The translations under genes were made by a program, and so were the position numbers. A stretch of 64,000 bases of DNA from Vulcanimicrobiota bacterium (GTDB lineage Bacteria > Vulcanimicrobiota > Xenobia > Xenobiales > JADMJV01), in contig JBFWNU010000001.1 in NCBI GenBank assembly GCA_050250895.1, positions 808,008 to 872,007 on the forward strand, in the 5' to 3' direction. Position 1 is the first letter of the stretch. Each line of letters begins with the position of its first letter. Of this stretch, positions 37,740 through 47,577 are shown in pieces. The notes below the pieces were generated by a model. The model did not search any database, was not told where the DNA came from, and was given only the letters and a program-made list of their open reading frames with translations.

Positions 37740-38267
37740 ATGAGAAATTTTCTAACCCTGACCCTTTTGTTACTCTTGTTCGCGCCCGCCCTGGCTCAGA
37801 ACCAGGCCGTGGCGGTGATCGAATCGACCAACCAGCGCGAGGCCCCCCAGGAGCGTCGCCTGGGTGAGGTCTATTTTCATGAAGAGGGCGGTGCCCTGGT
37901 CATTCAGGGCCATCTCGAAGGACTCGCACCGGGCAGCAAGCATGGCTTTCATATCCATAAGTTTGGTGACCTCAGCCAGGCCGACGCCACCAGCGCCGGC
38001 GGTCATTACGCTCCGGAAGGACATCCTCATGGCGCTCCCGATGCCGCCCAACATCACGCTGGCGACCTGGGCAACGTGACGGCCGACCAGAACGGAGAGG
38101 TCGATATCAAGATCCGAGCCGATTGGCTGACCCTGAAAGACATTATGGGGCGCTCCATGGTGCTCCACGCCGATGATGACGATCTGAAAAGCCAACCGAG
38201 CGGCGACGCAGGTCCTCGCATTGGCGCCGGAGTGATCGGGTGGGCCAACACCGAGAAGAAGAAATAG
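37740..38267 (+). CDS. sodC: periplasmic Cu/Zn superoxide dismutase
   Basis: Signal peptide; HGFHIH, SAGGH, H.GDLGN and VLHA..DD..SQPSG.AG.R motifs. Confidence 0.95.
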   Translation: MRNFLTLTLLLLLFAPALAQNQAVAVIESTNQREAPQERRLGEVYFHEEGGALVIQGHLEGLAPGSKHGFHIHKFGDLSQADATSAGGHYAPEGHPHGAPDAAQHHAGDLGNVTADQNGEVDIKIRADWLTLKDIMGRSMVLHADDDDLKSQPSGDAGPRIGAGVIGWANTEKKK

Positions 38268-38291
38268 CAGCACCGGCTTGGCCGGCCAGAG

Positions 38292-38699
38292 CTAGAGAGC
38301 CTGGATGTTGGTCACGGCAAAGAAGAAGAAATCTTGCAGCGTGGGTACGCGGTAGATGAACTCGGCGTCGACGGCTTCGGCCGCCTGCATGGCCAACTTC
38401 CAGGCGTCCCCCTCGCCGCAGCCGGGATAGACGTCTTTCATGCCTTCAATGGGAGCCATGTTCGGGTTGAAGGTGTTGCCCTCCGCCGCCCAGGCCATGG
38501 TCACCGAACCGAAGCGCAGGGAGTAGTGGCAAAGGCCGCGGGCTTCGGCTTTCACGCGGGGAGTGCCGTCGCGCTCGACCCACTGGAGGATGCCTTCTTC
38601 GGTGTTGACCCGCAGGTCGAGTTCCAGGGCGCCCAGGTTGGCGAGCTGTTGATGCAACTGGGCCTGCTTGCCGCGCCAGCGTTCGACCAGGTCGCTCAT
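38292..38699 (-). CDS. hypothetical protein
   Basis: 135-aa ORF with ATGA coupling to the upstream TerB-like gene. Confidence 0.65.
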   Translation of the reverse strand: MSDLVERWRGKQAQLHQQLANLGALELDLRVNTEEGILQWVERDGTPRVKAEARGLCHYSLRFGSVTMAWAAEGNTFNPNMAPIEGMKDVYPGCGEGDAWKLAMQAAEAVDAEFIYRVPTLQDFFFFAVTNIQAL

Positions 38700-39577
38700 G
38701 CGCCGATCCCCGAGCGCTTGCGATAGCGAAACTCGATCTTCGAGATCTCGTCAAGATCGAGGCCAATCTTCTCCCCGGCGCTGACCACCTCGCCGCGAGC
38801 CACCGGGTCGGGACCGCCGTCGCCATAGACTCGCGAAAAACGCTCGTCGACCACGTAGCATTGGGCGAAGCGTCGCAATTCCCAGGCGCGCAGGTCAGGA
38901 ATCTCCAGGGCCTCGGCGTAGCGCTCGAGCAGGCTCACTTCTTCGTGAGCCAATTCGTCATCGCAGCAGGCCATGGCGTAGCCCAGCATCAGCATCGTCT
39001 CGCGCACCGAGCGGTCCTTGACCTGAGTCAGTTCGCGCTCCTCGAGAGGCTCTTTCAAAAAGAGGCCTTTGCCCCCTTCAGGGGTCTCGCCCACCAGGTC
39101 GGCAAAAAGGTCGATCTCTTCGGGGGCCGCTACGCCATCCGAACGGAGTACCTCGGTCAGCACCCGCTTGAGCAGGTCGCGCTCGGACTTGTCTTCCACT
39201 GCTCCCGCTTCGAGTTGCTCGAAGAAACGCACCACGGCGTCGTTGGCTTCCCACCATGTCCAGCGCGTCCCATCCCAGACGAAATCGGCGGCTACGGCTT
39301 CGAAAGCCATCACGGCCGCAGCCTCGATCTCGTCGCGGGTGTAGTCACGCTCCTGCCAGACCTCGCGATCCTCACTGCCGAAAATCGTAGCCAGGACCCC
39401 GAAGAAGCCTTCCTTTGGGGTCTCTTCGAGAGAGGCCAGATGTTCTTGCCCAGGCACGATCGGAGCCTCGATCTCAAGACCCGTGGCGGGACACCGAAAC
39501 GTGAAAAAGACGACCTCGCCATCCTGTTCGACCTGGGTCAGCAGGGGCTCGATCGCCTCGAAACTGAACTTTTCCAC
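38696..39577 (-). CDS. TerB-like domain protein
   Basis: Two (A/S)DG/D....EE..L motifs (RSDGVAAPEE; CDDELAHEE). Confidence 0.65.
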   Translation of the reverse strand: MEKFSFEAIEPLLTQVEQDGEVVFFTFRCPATGLEIEAPIVPGQEHLASLEETPKEGFFGVLATIFGSEDREVWQERDYTRDEIEAAAVMAFEAVAADFVWDGTRWTWWEANDAVVRFFEQLEAGAVEDKSERDLLKRVLTEVLRSDGVAAPEEIDLFADLVGETPEGGKGLFLKEPLEERELTQVKDRSVRETMLMLGYAMACCDDELAHEEVSLLERYAEALEIPDLRAWELRRFAQCYVVDERFSRVYGDGGPDPVARGEVVSAGEKIGLDLDEISKIEFRYRKRSGIGA

Positions 39578-39581
39578 AGCG

Positions 39582-39938
39582 CTAGGCTTCGGCTTCGACC
39601 GATTCCTGGGCCATTTCTTCGGTCGCCTCGACTTCGGCTTCTTCTTCGGTCTCGGTGACTTCAGACACGTCGGTCTCGGCCGCTTCGACCGGAGCCTCTT
39701 CTACAGCCGAGCGAGCGAAGAGCCGTTTCTCGGCTTCGGCGGCACGCTCGGCGCGCTCCTTCACGAAGTCGCCACCGCTCTTCTCGCGGTATTCGAGGGG
39801 GATGAACTTGCCCTGTTTCTCGGCCGTCTCACGCAACCACTTCGAGCCGCCGATGCGCACCCAGTCACGCCCTTCGACAGGGGCACCGGAACCACGGCAT
39901 TTGGACTCTTTCGGTCGCTTATGGGATCCTTTAGCCAC
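39582..39938 (-). CDS. hypothetical protein with basic N-terminus and acidic tail
   Basis: GAGGA RBS before GTG; heads a three-gene minus-strand run. Confidence 0.7.
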   Translation of the reverse strand: MAKGSHKRPKESKCRGSGAPVEGRDWVRIGGSKWLRETAEKQGKFIPLEYREKSGGDFVKERAERAAEAEKRLFARSAVEEAPVEAAETDVSEVTETEEEAEVEATEEMAQESVEAEA

Positions 39939-40066
39939 AGGATTGTCCTCGCTTTCTCACAGAGCACTCACCATACTAGGGTGCTCGACTCAAATCCTTC
40001 CAGCAGGAACTGGACGGTTGATGATACAAGAGACGCGACTAAATTACAACCCCTGTGAGGTCCTCC

Positions 40067-40906
40067 ATGAGTACTGTCGATGTCGAGACTATCCAGAGCC
40101 GCATCCGCGCGGGCGTGGACTATCTCAAAGGCAAAGTCAGCCGCCGTCCTGACATCGGGGTCATTCTCGGCTCGGGCCTGGGAGAGCTCGCCGACGAGAC
40201 CCAGGACAAGCAGGTCATCCCCTACACCGACATCCCCGAGTTTCCCCGGGCTACCGCGCCGGGCCACAAGGGCAACCTGGTCTTCGGCACGCTGGGCGGC
40301 AAGTCGGTCATGCTGATGCAGGGACGCGTCCACACCTATGAGGGATACAGCCAGGCCGAATGCACCATGCCGGTGGTCATGATGAAAGAACTCGGCGTCA
40401 AGACGATGATCGTGACGGCCGCCACCGGGGGCCTCAACTACAATCACAAGTCAGGCGACCTGATGCTGATTCGCGATCATATCAACTTCACCGGCACCAA
40501 CCCGCTGGTGGGACCCAATGACGAGAAAATCGGCCCCCGCTTTCCGGTGATGTTCGATGCCTACTCGCCCGAACTGCGCGAAGTGGCTCGTCAGGTCGCC
40601 CTCAAGCAGGGCATCAATCTGCACGAAGGCGTCTATTGTGGCGTGCAGGGCCCGGTCTTTTTCACCAAGTCCGAACTGCGCATGCTGATGCTGTGGGGGG
40701 CCGACTCGATCGGCATGTCGACCGTGCCCGAAGTCATCGTGGCCGTTCACCGAGGGATGCAGGTGCTAGGTATTGCCGTGGTGAGCGACATCGCGATTCC
40801 CGATGCTGGTCATCACGCCACCGAGGCCGAGGTGCTCGAGACCGCCCGCCAAACCGGTCCGCGCTTCCGCCAACTGGTCAAGGGCATCCTAGAAGCCATG
40901 CCTTGA
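40067..40906 (+). CDS. purine nucleoside phosphorylase (trimeric family I)
   Basis: ILGSGLG, GH.G.L..G, QGRVH.YEG, DHIN and GMSTVPE motifs; ATG 40067. Confidence 0.92.
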   Translation: MSTVDVETIQSRIRAGVDYLKGKVSRRPDIGVILGSGLGELADETQDKQVIPYTDIPEFPRATAPGHKGNLVFGTLGGKSVMLMQGRVHTYEGYSQAECTMPVVMMKELGVKTMIVTAATGGLNYNHKSGDLMLIRDHINFTGTNPLVGPNDEKIGPRFPVMFDAYSPELREVARQVALKQGINLHEGVYCGVQGPVFFTKSELRMLMLWGADSIGMSTVPEVIVAVHRGMQVLGIAVVSDIAIPDAGHHATEAEVLETARQTGPRFRQLVKGILEAMP

Positions 40907-40932
40907 CAATCGGCTTGTGGATAACCTAATAT
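40903..40932 (+). promoter_or_regulatory. sigma-70-type rpmB promoter with a DnaA box in the spacer
   Basis: TTGACA-N18-TAATAT; TGTGGATAA at 40916-40924. Confidence 0.6.
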
Positions 40933-40970
40933 CATGCGTCTGAGGGCAGGCCCTCGAAAGGAGCAAAGCG

Positions 40971-41198
40971 ATGGCTCGAGTTTGTGAACTCACCGGAAAA
41001 CGCCCGGGGTCGGGTAACAAGGTTTCCCACTCGCAGCGCAAGACTCGTCGGCGCTGGTTGCCGAACCTGATCACTCAGCGATTCTGGCTCGAGAGCGAGA
41101 AGCGCTGGATCAAGCTTCGCGTTAGCGCCCGCGCTTTGAAGACCATCAAGAAGCTTGGCCTGGAGAAGGCCATGAAGAAGTACGGTCTCAACAAGTAG
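40971..41198 (+). CDS. rpmB: 50S ribosomal protein L28
   Basis: [27 protein letters not shown]. Confidence 0.98.
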   Translation: MARVCELTGKRPGSGNKVSHSQRKTRRRWLPNLITQRFWLESEKRWIKLRVSARALKTIKKLGLEKAMKKYGLNK

Positions 41199-41224
41199 TC
41201 TTTCCGACCAAAACGATTTTGCCA

Positions 41225-41248
41225 GGCAGGGTACCCCCTGCCTTTGTT
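41225..41248 (+). terminator. probable rpmB terminator
   Basis: GGCAGGG-TACC-CCCTGCC-TTTGTT. Confidence 0.6.
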
Positions 41249-41263
41249 CTAATTTGGCCCCCC

Positions 41264-42178
41264 ATGCGAAGAGTTTTCTTGTTTCTGTGGTTGGCCGCGT
41301 TCTCGGCCGCGGCCATGGCCGAACCGATGGCCGACCTGTGGGTCCAAACCACGCCCGAGTATCAGGCCTGCTGCCTGCAGACCTACAACCTGGCCACTCG
41401 CAATCTCGAGGACCTGGCCAAGTTGCTCGAAAAAGACGCTCAGGGTCGCGCCTGTCTACCAGGCACCAAAACCCCCGTTGCCATCGTGATGGACCTCGAC
41501 GAAACGGTGGTTGACAACTCGGGCTTTCAGGCCTTTTCGATCCAGACCAACACCACCTACTCCGACGATCTCTGGCTGGACTGGATGCGTTTTCAGGCCC
41601 AGACCCCGGCCGCCTGTCGGGCCGTCCCGGGAGCGGTCGAATACATCGCCCGCGCTCAGGCCCTGGGTTTGACGCCCGTCTTCATCTCCAACCGCCAGAA
41701 CGAGGGCTGGGAGGACACCAAGGTCTTGCTCGAGACCCTCAAAATCAATACTGACAATCTGCCAGAGCGCCTGTTGCTCAAGCTGCCCAAGGCCGAAGAG
41801 ACGGCCAGGGCTCGCGCTCTGGTGGACCGACTGGGCCTGGATACCGACTCTCAAGAGGCGCTCGAGATTCTGCAGAGCGAGGGCACAAAGGAAACCCGCC
41901 GCCGCCTGATCGCCGAAAAATACGCCGTGGCCGGCTATTTCGGAGACATGCTCAGCGACTTCGCTCCTTACCTCAAAAAGCCCAACAGCCCCACTCCGGC
42001 CGCCGATCGGGCCGCCCAGGCCGAGCGTTACCGGCGCCGCTGGGGCAACCACTGGTATGTGCTGCCCAACCCCACCTACGGTTACTGGGCCCCCGGCCAG
42101 ACCCTGCCCGCGGAACATCCCGAAGGTGCGCTCAACGACTACGGCTTCGCTGAATACCTGAAGAAAGCTCACCACTGA
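41264..42178 (+). CDS. secreted class C acid phosphatase / 5'-nucleotidase e(P4) family (HAD)
   Basis: Signal peptide; DLDETVVDNS, ISNR, GD.LSDF and LPNPTYG.W motifs; ATG 41264. Confidence 0.9.
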   Translation: MRRVFLFLWLAAFSAAAMAEPMADLWVQTTPEYQACCLQTYNLATRNLEDLAKLLEKDAQGRACLPGTKTPVAIVMDLDETVVDNSGFQAFSIQTNTTYSDDLWLDWMRFQAQTPAACRAVPGAVEYIARAQALGLTPVFISNRQNEGWEDTKVLLETLKINTDNLPERLLLKLPKAEETARARALVDRLGLDTDSQEALEILQSEGTKETRRRLIAEKYAVAGYFGDMLSDFAPYLKKPNSPTPAADRAAQAERYRRRWGNHWYVLPNPTYGYWAPGQTLPAEHPEGALNDYGFAEYLKKAHH

Positions 42179-45100
42179 ACGCGCCTTTTTCTGCCACCAC
42201 CCAGGCCTGGTTCGAGCGCCATTTCGCCGCCCCGACCAAGGTCCAGCGAGAAGGCTGGGAGGCCATCTCGCGGGGCGAGCACGCCTTGCTGCTGGCTCCT
42301 ACCGGCAGCGGCAAGACGCTGGCGGCTTTTCTGTGGTGCATCGACCGCCTGATCAACCAGAACCAGCGCAAAGGCACCTCGGTAGTCTATGTCTCGCCCT
42401 TGAAAGCGTTGGTCTACGACATCGAACGCAATCTGCGGGCGCCCCTGGCCGGCGTCACCCGGGCCGCTCAACTCGAGAATCCCCCCACCGTGGCGGTGCG
42501 CACCGGCGACACCCCTCAGCGGGAACGGGCCCGCCAACTAAAGCATCCGGCCGACATTCTGGTCACCACCCCAGAATCGCTCTACCTGATGTTGGGCTCG
42601 CGCCAGGCTCTGAATCTGACCGCCGTCGAGACGGTCATCATCGACGAAATCCACGCTCTGGCCGGCACCAAGCGAGGGGCCCATCTAGCCCTGACCCTCG
42701 AGCGCCTGGCCCGACTGGGCCAGGGCGATCCGCAGCGAGTAGGTTTGTCGGCCACCGTGCGTCCGGTCGACACGGTGGCCCGTTACCTGGGTGGCGATCG
42801 GCCCGTTACCGTCGTCGATACCCTCGAGCCCCCCCATATCGAGCTCGAGATCATCGTTCCGGTCGAAGACATGGAAAATCCCGGACCTGCGCCCGAACCC
42901 TCCGGGGGCTCGGTCTTGGGTCAGCTGCTCTCACAAGAGCAGGGGTCCGAAGGCACCGCCAGTGTGTGGCCCTCGATCTACCCGCGCCTGCTCGAGCAGA
43001 TTCAGGCTCATCGCTCGACCATCGTGTTCGTCAATAGCCGCGGCCTGTGCGAACGGCTGGCTCTGCGGCTCAACGAACTGGCCGGTCAGGAGCTGGTGCG
43101 GGCCCATCATGGTAGCGTCTCGCACGAAAAACGGGAAGAGATGGAAGAATCGCTCAAGAGCGGCCAGCTCAAGGCGATCATCGCCACCAGCTCGTTGGAA
43201 CTGGGCATCGACATGGGAGCGGTCGACCTGGTGCTGCTGGTCGAATCGCCCGGCTCGGTGGCGCGAGGACTGCAAAGGGTCGGGCGGGCTGGTCACCAGG
43301 TCGGCGAAATCAGCGCCGGGAAGATCTTTCCCAAGTTTCGCGGAGATCTGCTCGAGTGCGCGGTGGTGGCCAATCTGATGCGGCAGGGAGCCCTGGAGCC
43401 CCTGCGATTGCCCCATAACCCACTCGACGTGTTGGCCCAGCAGGTTGTGGCCATGGGCGCCACCGGGCCTCTCAAGCTCGAAGAACTCGAAGCCTTGCTG
43501 GCCCGCACGGCCAGCTTTGAAAGCCTGTCGCGCGAGATTTTGTTGGGACTGCTCGACATGCTGAGCGGGCGGTTCCCCTCCACCGATTTCGGTGAACTAC
43601 GGGCCCGGCTGGTCTGGGATCGCGACACCGACACGCTGACCGCTCGACCGGGGGCCAAACAGCTGGCCCTGGTCAATGCCGGCACCATCCCCGACCGGGG
43701 CCTCTACGGTGTCTACATCGGTCACGACGGCCCCCGGGTGGGCGAACTCGACGAAGAGATGGTCCACGAGGTCCGGCCCGGTCAGAACTTCTTGCTGGGA
43801 GCCAGTTCCTGGCGCATTCAAGAGATCACACGGGATCGAGTCATCGTCAGCCCTGCCCCCGGTGAGCCGGGTCGCATGCCGTTCTGGCATGGCGATCGCC
43901 CCGGGCGACCCATCGAACTCGGCCGGGCCATCGGCGCGTTCCTGGGCGAACTGGGCGCCAAGAAACGCTCGGCCGCCGAAAGTTGGCTCGAAGAGCACAC
44001 TGTTCTCGACGTTCTGGCTCGTCGCAACCTGCTGGACTATCTCGACGAGCAGAAGTCTTTCACGGGCGTGCTACCCACCGACCGGCGGGTCATCATCGAG
44101 CGTTTCCGGGATGAGCTGGGGGACTGGCGGGTCTGTATCCTGACCCCTTTTGGGGCACGCGTTCATGCTCCCTGGGCTCTCGCCATCGAGTCGGTGCTCA
44201 GCCAGCAAGCCGGCTTTGATTTTCAGACCCTTTGGACCGACGACGGCATCGTGCTCAGGCTAGCCGAAACCGACGAGTTGCCGCGCCTGGACCTGCTGGT
44301 GCCCGACCCCGATCTGGTCGAGGACCTGGTGCTCGAGCAACTGGCCAACTCGGCCGTGTTCGCCAGTCACTTCCGTGAGAACGCGGCTCGGGCCCTGCTC
44401 TTGCCCCGCCGGCGACCAGGCAAGCGCACCCCGCTGTGGAGCCAGCGTTTGCGAGCCAAGAACCTGCAAGCCGTAGCCATGGCCCACTCCAACTTTCCCA
44501 TCGTGCTCGAGACCTACCGAGCGTGCCTGCAAGACGTCTTCGACATGCCGTCGCTGGTCGAGTTGCTGCGCATGTTGTCGGATCGGCGCATCGCCCTCGA
44601 AGAGGTCGAGACCGAATCGGCTTCGCCCTTTGCTCGCTCGCTGGTCTTTGCCTATGTGGCCGAGTATCTGTACGAGGGCGACAATCCCCTGGCCGAGCGC
44701 AAGGCCCAGGCCCTGACCCTCGACCGCAACCTGCTGCGCGAACTGCTCGGACAAGAAGAGTTGCGCGACCTGCTCGACTCCGCCGTGCTCGACGAAGTCG
44801 AGGCCGAACTGCAGGGGCTAGCTGCGGACCGTCAGGCCACTTCTCGCGAAGCGCTATTTGACCGGCTGCGTCGCCTGGGAGACCTCAGCCTGGCCGAGGC
44901 CGAGGCCCGTTGCCAGGGGCCGGCTCGCCAGTGGCTCGGGGAACTCGAGAAAGAACGTCGGGTGGTCCGCCTTCACCTGGGCGGCGAGCCTCGCTGGGTC
45001 AGCCTGGAAGACGTGGCTCTCTACCGCGATGCTCTGGGGGCCGTCCCGCCTGGCGGGCTGCCGGCCGCTTTGCTCGAGCCCGTCAGCGGCGCGCTCGAGC

Positions 45101-46518
45101 AGCTGCTCCACCGCTACGCTCGCTATCACACCCCCTTTCTCACCCGTGAGGTGTCGGAGCGCTATGGGGTGCCAGCCGGCCAGCTCGACCCGGCCCTGCG
45201 CCTGCTGGTGGCCCGCAAAAGGCTGCTCTGGGGGGATTTTCGCCCTCTGGGTAGCGAGCGAGAATGGTGCGACCCCGAGATCCTGCGCCTGCTCCGCCGT
45301 CGCACTTTGGCGAAACTACGCAACCAGGTGGCTCCCGTCGACGCCCTGGTGCTGGCCCGCTTTCTCCAGGGCTGGCAGGGAATCGGAGAAACCCTGCGTC
45401 TGCCCGAGGTGGTGGCCCGCCTCGAGGGGCTGCCCCTGCCGTTTAGCGACCTGGAGAAACGCATCTTGCCGGCTCGCCTGCCGGCGTATGAGGGCAGCCA
45501 GCTCGATGAGTTGGGCCAACTGGGAGCCCTGGTTTGGGTGGGCTGCGGCTCGCTGGGCCGGGGTGACGGCAAGATCGCTCTCTATCGCCGCGATCGCATC
45601 GCCCGCCTGCTCGCCCCCCCGCCTCCCCCCGAGGAACTCGAGCCGCTGCAGGCCCAGCTCTATGGCTATCTCGAGCAACGGGGCGCCTCGTTCTTCTACG
45701 ACCTGCTGCAGGCCACCGGCAACCCCAAAGCCGAAACCCTGCTCGAGGCCCTGTGGCAACTGGTCTGGGCCGGCCAGGTCAGCAATGACAGCCTGGTGCC
45801 GCTGCGCCACCTGGGAGCTTCGGCCCGGCGAAAGCGAGGGTCCACCTTAATGGCCGGAGCCGGGCGCTGGTCGCTGGTGCGCGATCTGGTGCGCCAACCG
45901 GCCAGTGACACCGAGCGCCTCATGGCCTGGGTTCAGACCTTTCTCGACCGCTACGGAGTGGTCACTCGCGAGGCCGTCACGGCCGAGGGTTTCACGGGTG
46001 GATTTACCCCTGTCTATCAGACCCTGAAGGCGCTGGAAGAGTCTGGCAAAGTGAGGCGAGGCTACTTTGTAGAAGGGCTGGCCGGGGCCCAGTTCGCCCG
46101 AACCGGCACTGTCGACCGGCTGCGCGACCAACGAGACGAAGCGGGCCAGCCCGAAGTTCGCTGGCTGGCTGCCACCGATCCGGCCAACCCTTACGGCGCT
46201 CTTTTGCCCTGGCCCGAATGTCAGGGGCGCCCGCGGCGCGCGGCCGGAGCCAGCCTGATCATGGCCGATGGGCGTCCGCTGCTGTTTCTCGAGAAGAAGG
46301 GCAAGAAGGTGCTGAGCTTTCCTGCCGCCCACGAGCCGGAACTGATGCGAGCGAGTCTGGAAACCCTCCATCGCTTTGCGCGCTCGATCCGGGGTCGGGT
46401 GTGGCGCCTGGAGACCATCGATGGCGAGCCCGCTCGCAAGCATGCGCTGGCCGGCCTGCTCGAGCAACTCGGATTTCGGCAAGATTTTCTGGGCCTGATG
46501 CTGGTGGCCGGTGCCTGA
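42175..46518 (+). CDS. lhr: Lhr-family large ATP-dependent helicase
   Basis: APTGSGKT, DEIH, SAT and QRVGRAGH motifs plus the long C-terminal domain; the conserved N-terminus extends upstream of the ORF-track start to an in-frame CTG at 42175. Confidence 0.93.
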   Translation: MNAPFSATTQAWFERHFAAPTKVQREGWEAISRGEHALLLAPTGSGKTLAAFLWCIDRLINQNQRKGTSVVYVSPLKALVYDIERNLRAPLAGVTRAAQLENPPTVAVRTGDTPQRERARQLKHPADILVTTPESLYLMLGSRQALNLTAVETVIIDEIHALAGTKRGAHLALTLERLARLGQGDPQRVGLSATVRPVDTVARYLGGDRPVTVVDTLEPPHIELEIIVPVEDMENPGPAPEPSGGSVLGQLLSQEQGSEGTASVWPSIYPRLLEQIQAHRSTIVFVNSRGLCERLALRLNELAGQELVRAHHGSVSHEKREEMEESLKSGQLKAIIATSSLELGIDMGAVDLVLLVESPGSVARGLQRVGRAGHQVGEISAGKIFPKFRGDLLECAVVANLMRQGALEPLRLPHNPLDVLAQQVVAMGATGPLKLEELEALLARTASFESLSREILLGLLDMLSGRFPSTDFGELRARLVWDRDTDTLTARPGAKQLALVNAGTIPDRGLYGVYIGHDGPRVGELDEEMVHEVRPGQNFLLGASSWRIQEITRDRVIVSPAPGEPGRMPFWHGDRPGRPIELGRAIGAFLGELGAKKRSAAESWLEEHTVLDVLARRNLLDYLDEQKSFTGVLPTDRRVIIERFRDELGDWRVCILTPFGARVHAPWALAIESVLSQQAGFDFQTLWTDDGIVLRLAETDELPRLDLLVPDPDLVEDLVLEQLANSAVFASHFRENAARALLLPRRRPGKRTPLWSQRLRAKNLQAVAMAHSNFPIVLETYRACLQDVFDMPSLVELLRMLSDRRIALEEVETESASPFARSLVFAYVAEYLYEGDNPLAERKAQALTLDRNLLRELLGQEELRDLLDSAVLDEVEAELQGLAADRQATSREALFDRLRRLGDLSLAEAEARCQGPARQWLGELEKERRVVRLHLGGEPRWVSLEDVALYRDALGAVPPGGLPAALLEPVSGALEQLLHRYARYHTPFLTREVSERYGVPAGQLDPALRLLVARKRLLWGDFRPLGSEREWCDPEILRLLRRRTLAKLRNQVAPVDALVLARFLQGWQGIGETLRLPEVVARLEGLPLPFSDLEKRILPARLPAYEGSQLDELGQLGALVWVGCGSLGRGDGKIALYRRDRIARLLAPPPPPEELEPLQAQLYGYLEQRGASFFYDLLQATGNPKAETLLEALWQLVWAGQVSNDSLVPLRHLGASARRKRGSTLMAGAGRWSLVRDLVRQPASDTERLMAWVQTFLDRYGVVTREAVTAEGFTGGFTPVYQTLKALEESGKVRRGYFVEGLAGAQFARTGTVDRLRDQRDEAGQPEVRWLAATDPANPYGALLPWPECQGRPRRAAGASLIMADGRPLLFLEKKGKKVLSFPAAHEPELMRASLETLHRFARSIRGRVWRLETIDGEPARKHALAGLLEQLGFRQDFLGLMLVAGA

Positions 46519-47317
46519 AGGCGACACCGTTCACAAGGTGGCCCGGGTGATCGGGTCGGACCTGGTGGGCCAAACGCTAATCCAGGTGTCCCTTCAAGGC
46601 GTATTTGCCGACCAGAAACTGGTGGGTCGAAAGGTCGAAAAGGTCGAGGCGCTGGGCAAACACCTGCTGGTCGAAATCGAAGGCGGGGCGACCCTGCGCG
46701 TGCACCTGGGCATGCGGGGCAAATGGCACCGCTATCGGCCCGACGAACCGTGGAAGAGAAAGTCGAACGGAGCAGCGGTGGTATTGGCAACCAGCGAGCG
46801 AACCCTGGTTTGCTTTTTCGCCTCTGAGGTCGAAGTCTTTGCTACCAAGCGTCGTCGCTGGCACCCCCAGCTTTCGAGACTGGGCCCCGACCTGCTAGGG
46901 GCAGAGCCCGACTATCGCGACATCGTGGTCAGGGCCAGACAACTCTGTACGGTCGACCGGCTACTGGGCGAGGTCTTGCTCGACCAGCGCGTGGCCGCCG
47001 GAATCGGCAATGTCTACAAAAGCGAAGTCGCTTTCATGGGAGCAGGCTCCGGCTTTGGACCCAGCCCTCGGGGGGTCAGCCCCTGGCGTCCTCTGGCCAG
47101 CCTGGGCGACCAACAACTTGCCGACCTCTATCGCCGGGCCCGTAGCCTTCTGTTGGTCAATCTCGGCGGCCATCGTCGCATGACTCGAGAACAGGGACTC
47201 TGGGTCTATCAACGCGAGGGCGAAACTTGTCTCCGCTGCGGCAATCTAATTAGAAGTCGCCATCAAGGTCTCGAAAATCGGGCGACCTTCTGGTGTGATG
47301 GCTGTCAGGATGGTTAG
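46511..47317 (+). CDS. nei: Fpg/Nei DNA glycosylase
   Basis: MPEGD, GKHL, HLGM.G.W, LLDQ..AAGIGNVYKSE and a C-terminal zinc finger; lhr-nei pairing is known from actinobacteria. Confidence 0.93.
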   Translation: MPEGDTVHKVARVIGSDLVGQTLIQVSLQGVFADQKLVGRKVEKVEALGKHLLVEIEGGATLRVHLGMRGKWHRYRPDEPWKRKSNGAAVVLATSERTLVCFFASEVEVFATKRRRWHPQLSRLGPDLLGAEPDYRDIVVRARQLCTVDRLLGEVLLDQRVAAGIGNVYKSEVAFMGAGSGFGPSPRGVSPWRPLASLGDQQLADLYRRARSLLLVNLGGHRRMTREQGLWVYQREGETCLRCGNLIRSRHQGLENRATFWCDGCQDG

Positions 47318-47577
47318 TTTCCAGGATGTTCGTAATCCTGTCGAATGGCATACTTAACGGGACCGGTCGCGGCGCCTCCGGGGGGAACAGCGCGCGCCGG
47401 TCGTTTTCCTTTGCGGGAGGAATGACGCCCACCCGTCAGAACCTATGTTCGAGTACCGGTTCCTCCGCCGCTCAGCCACCGAATGACCTGGAAACCTTCG
47501 GTGGCTTATTTCTTTTCCAGAGATTCCAGGTGATCCGAGATCTCAAAGGAAAAGACACCTCTGGGTATTAAGACTGC

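Noticed and set aside
47318-47577. ORF 47326-47571 and TTCCAG repeats upstream of the PilZ gene
   Set aside because: The ORF lacks coding-like composition and the repeats have no consistent phasing.
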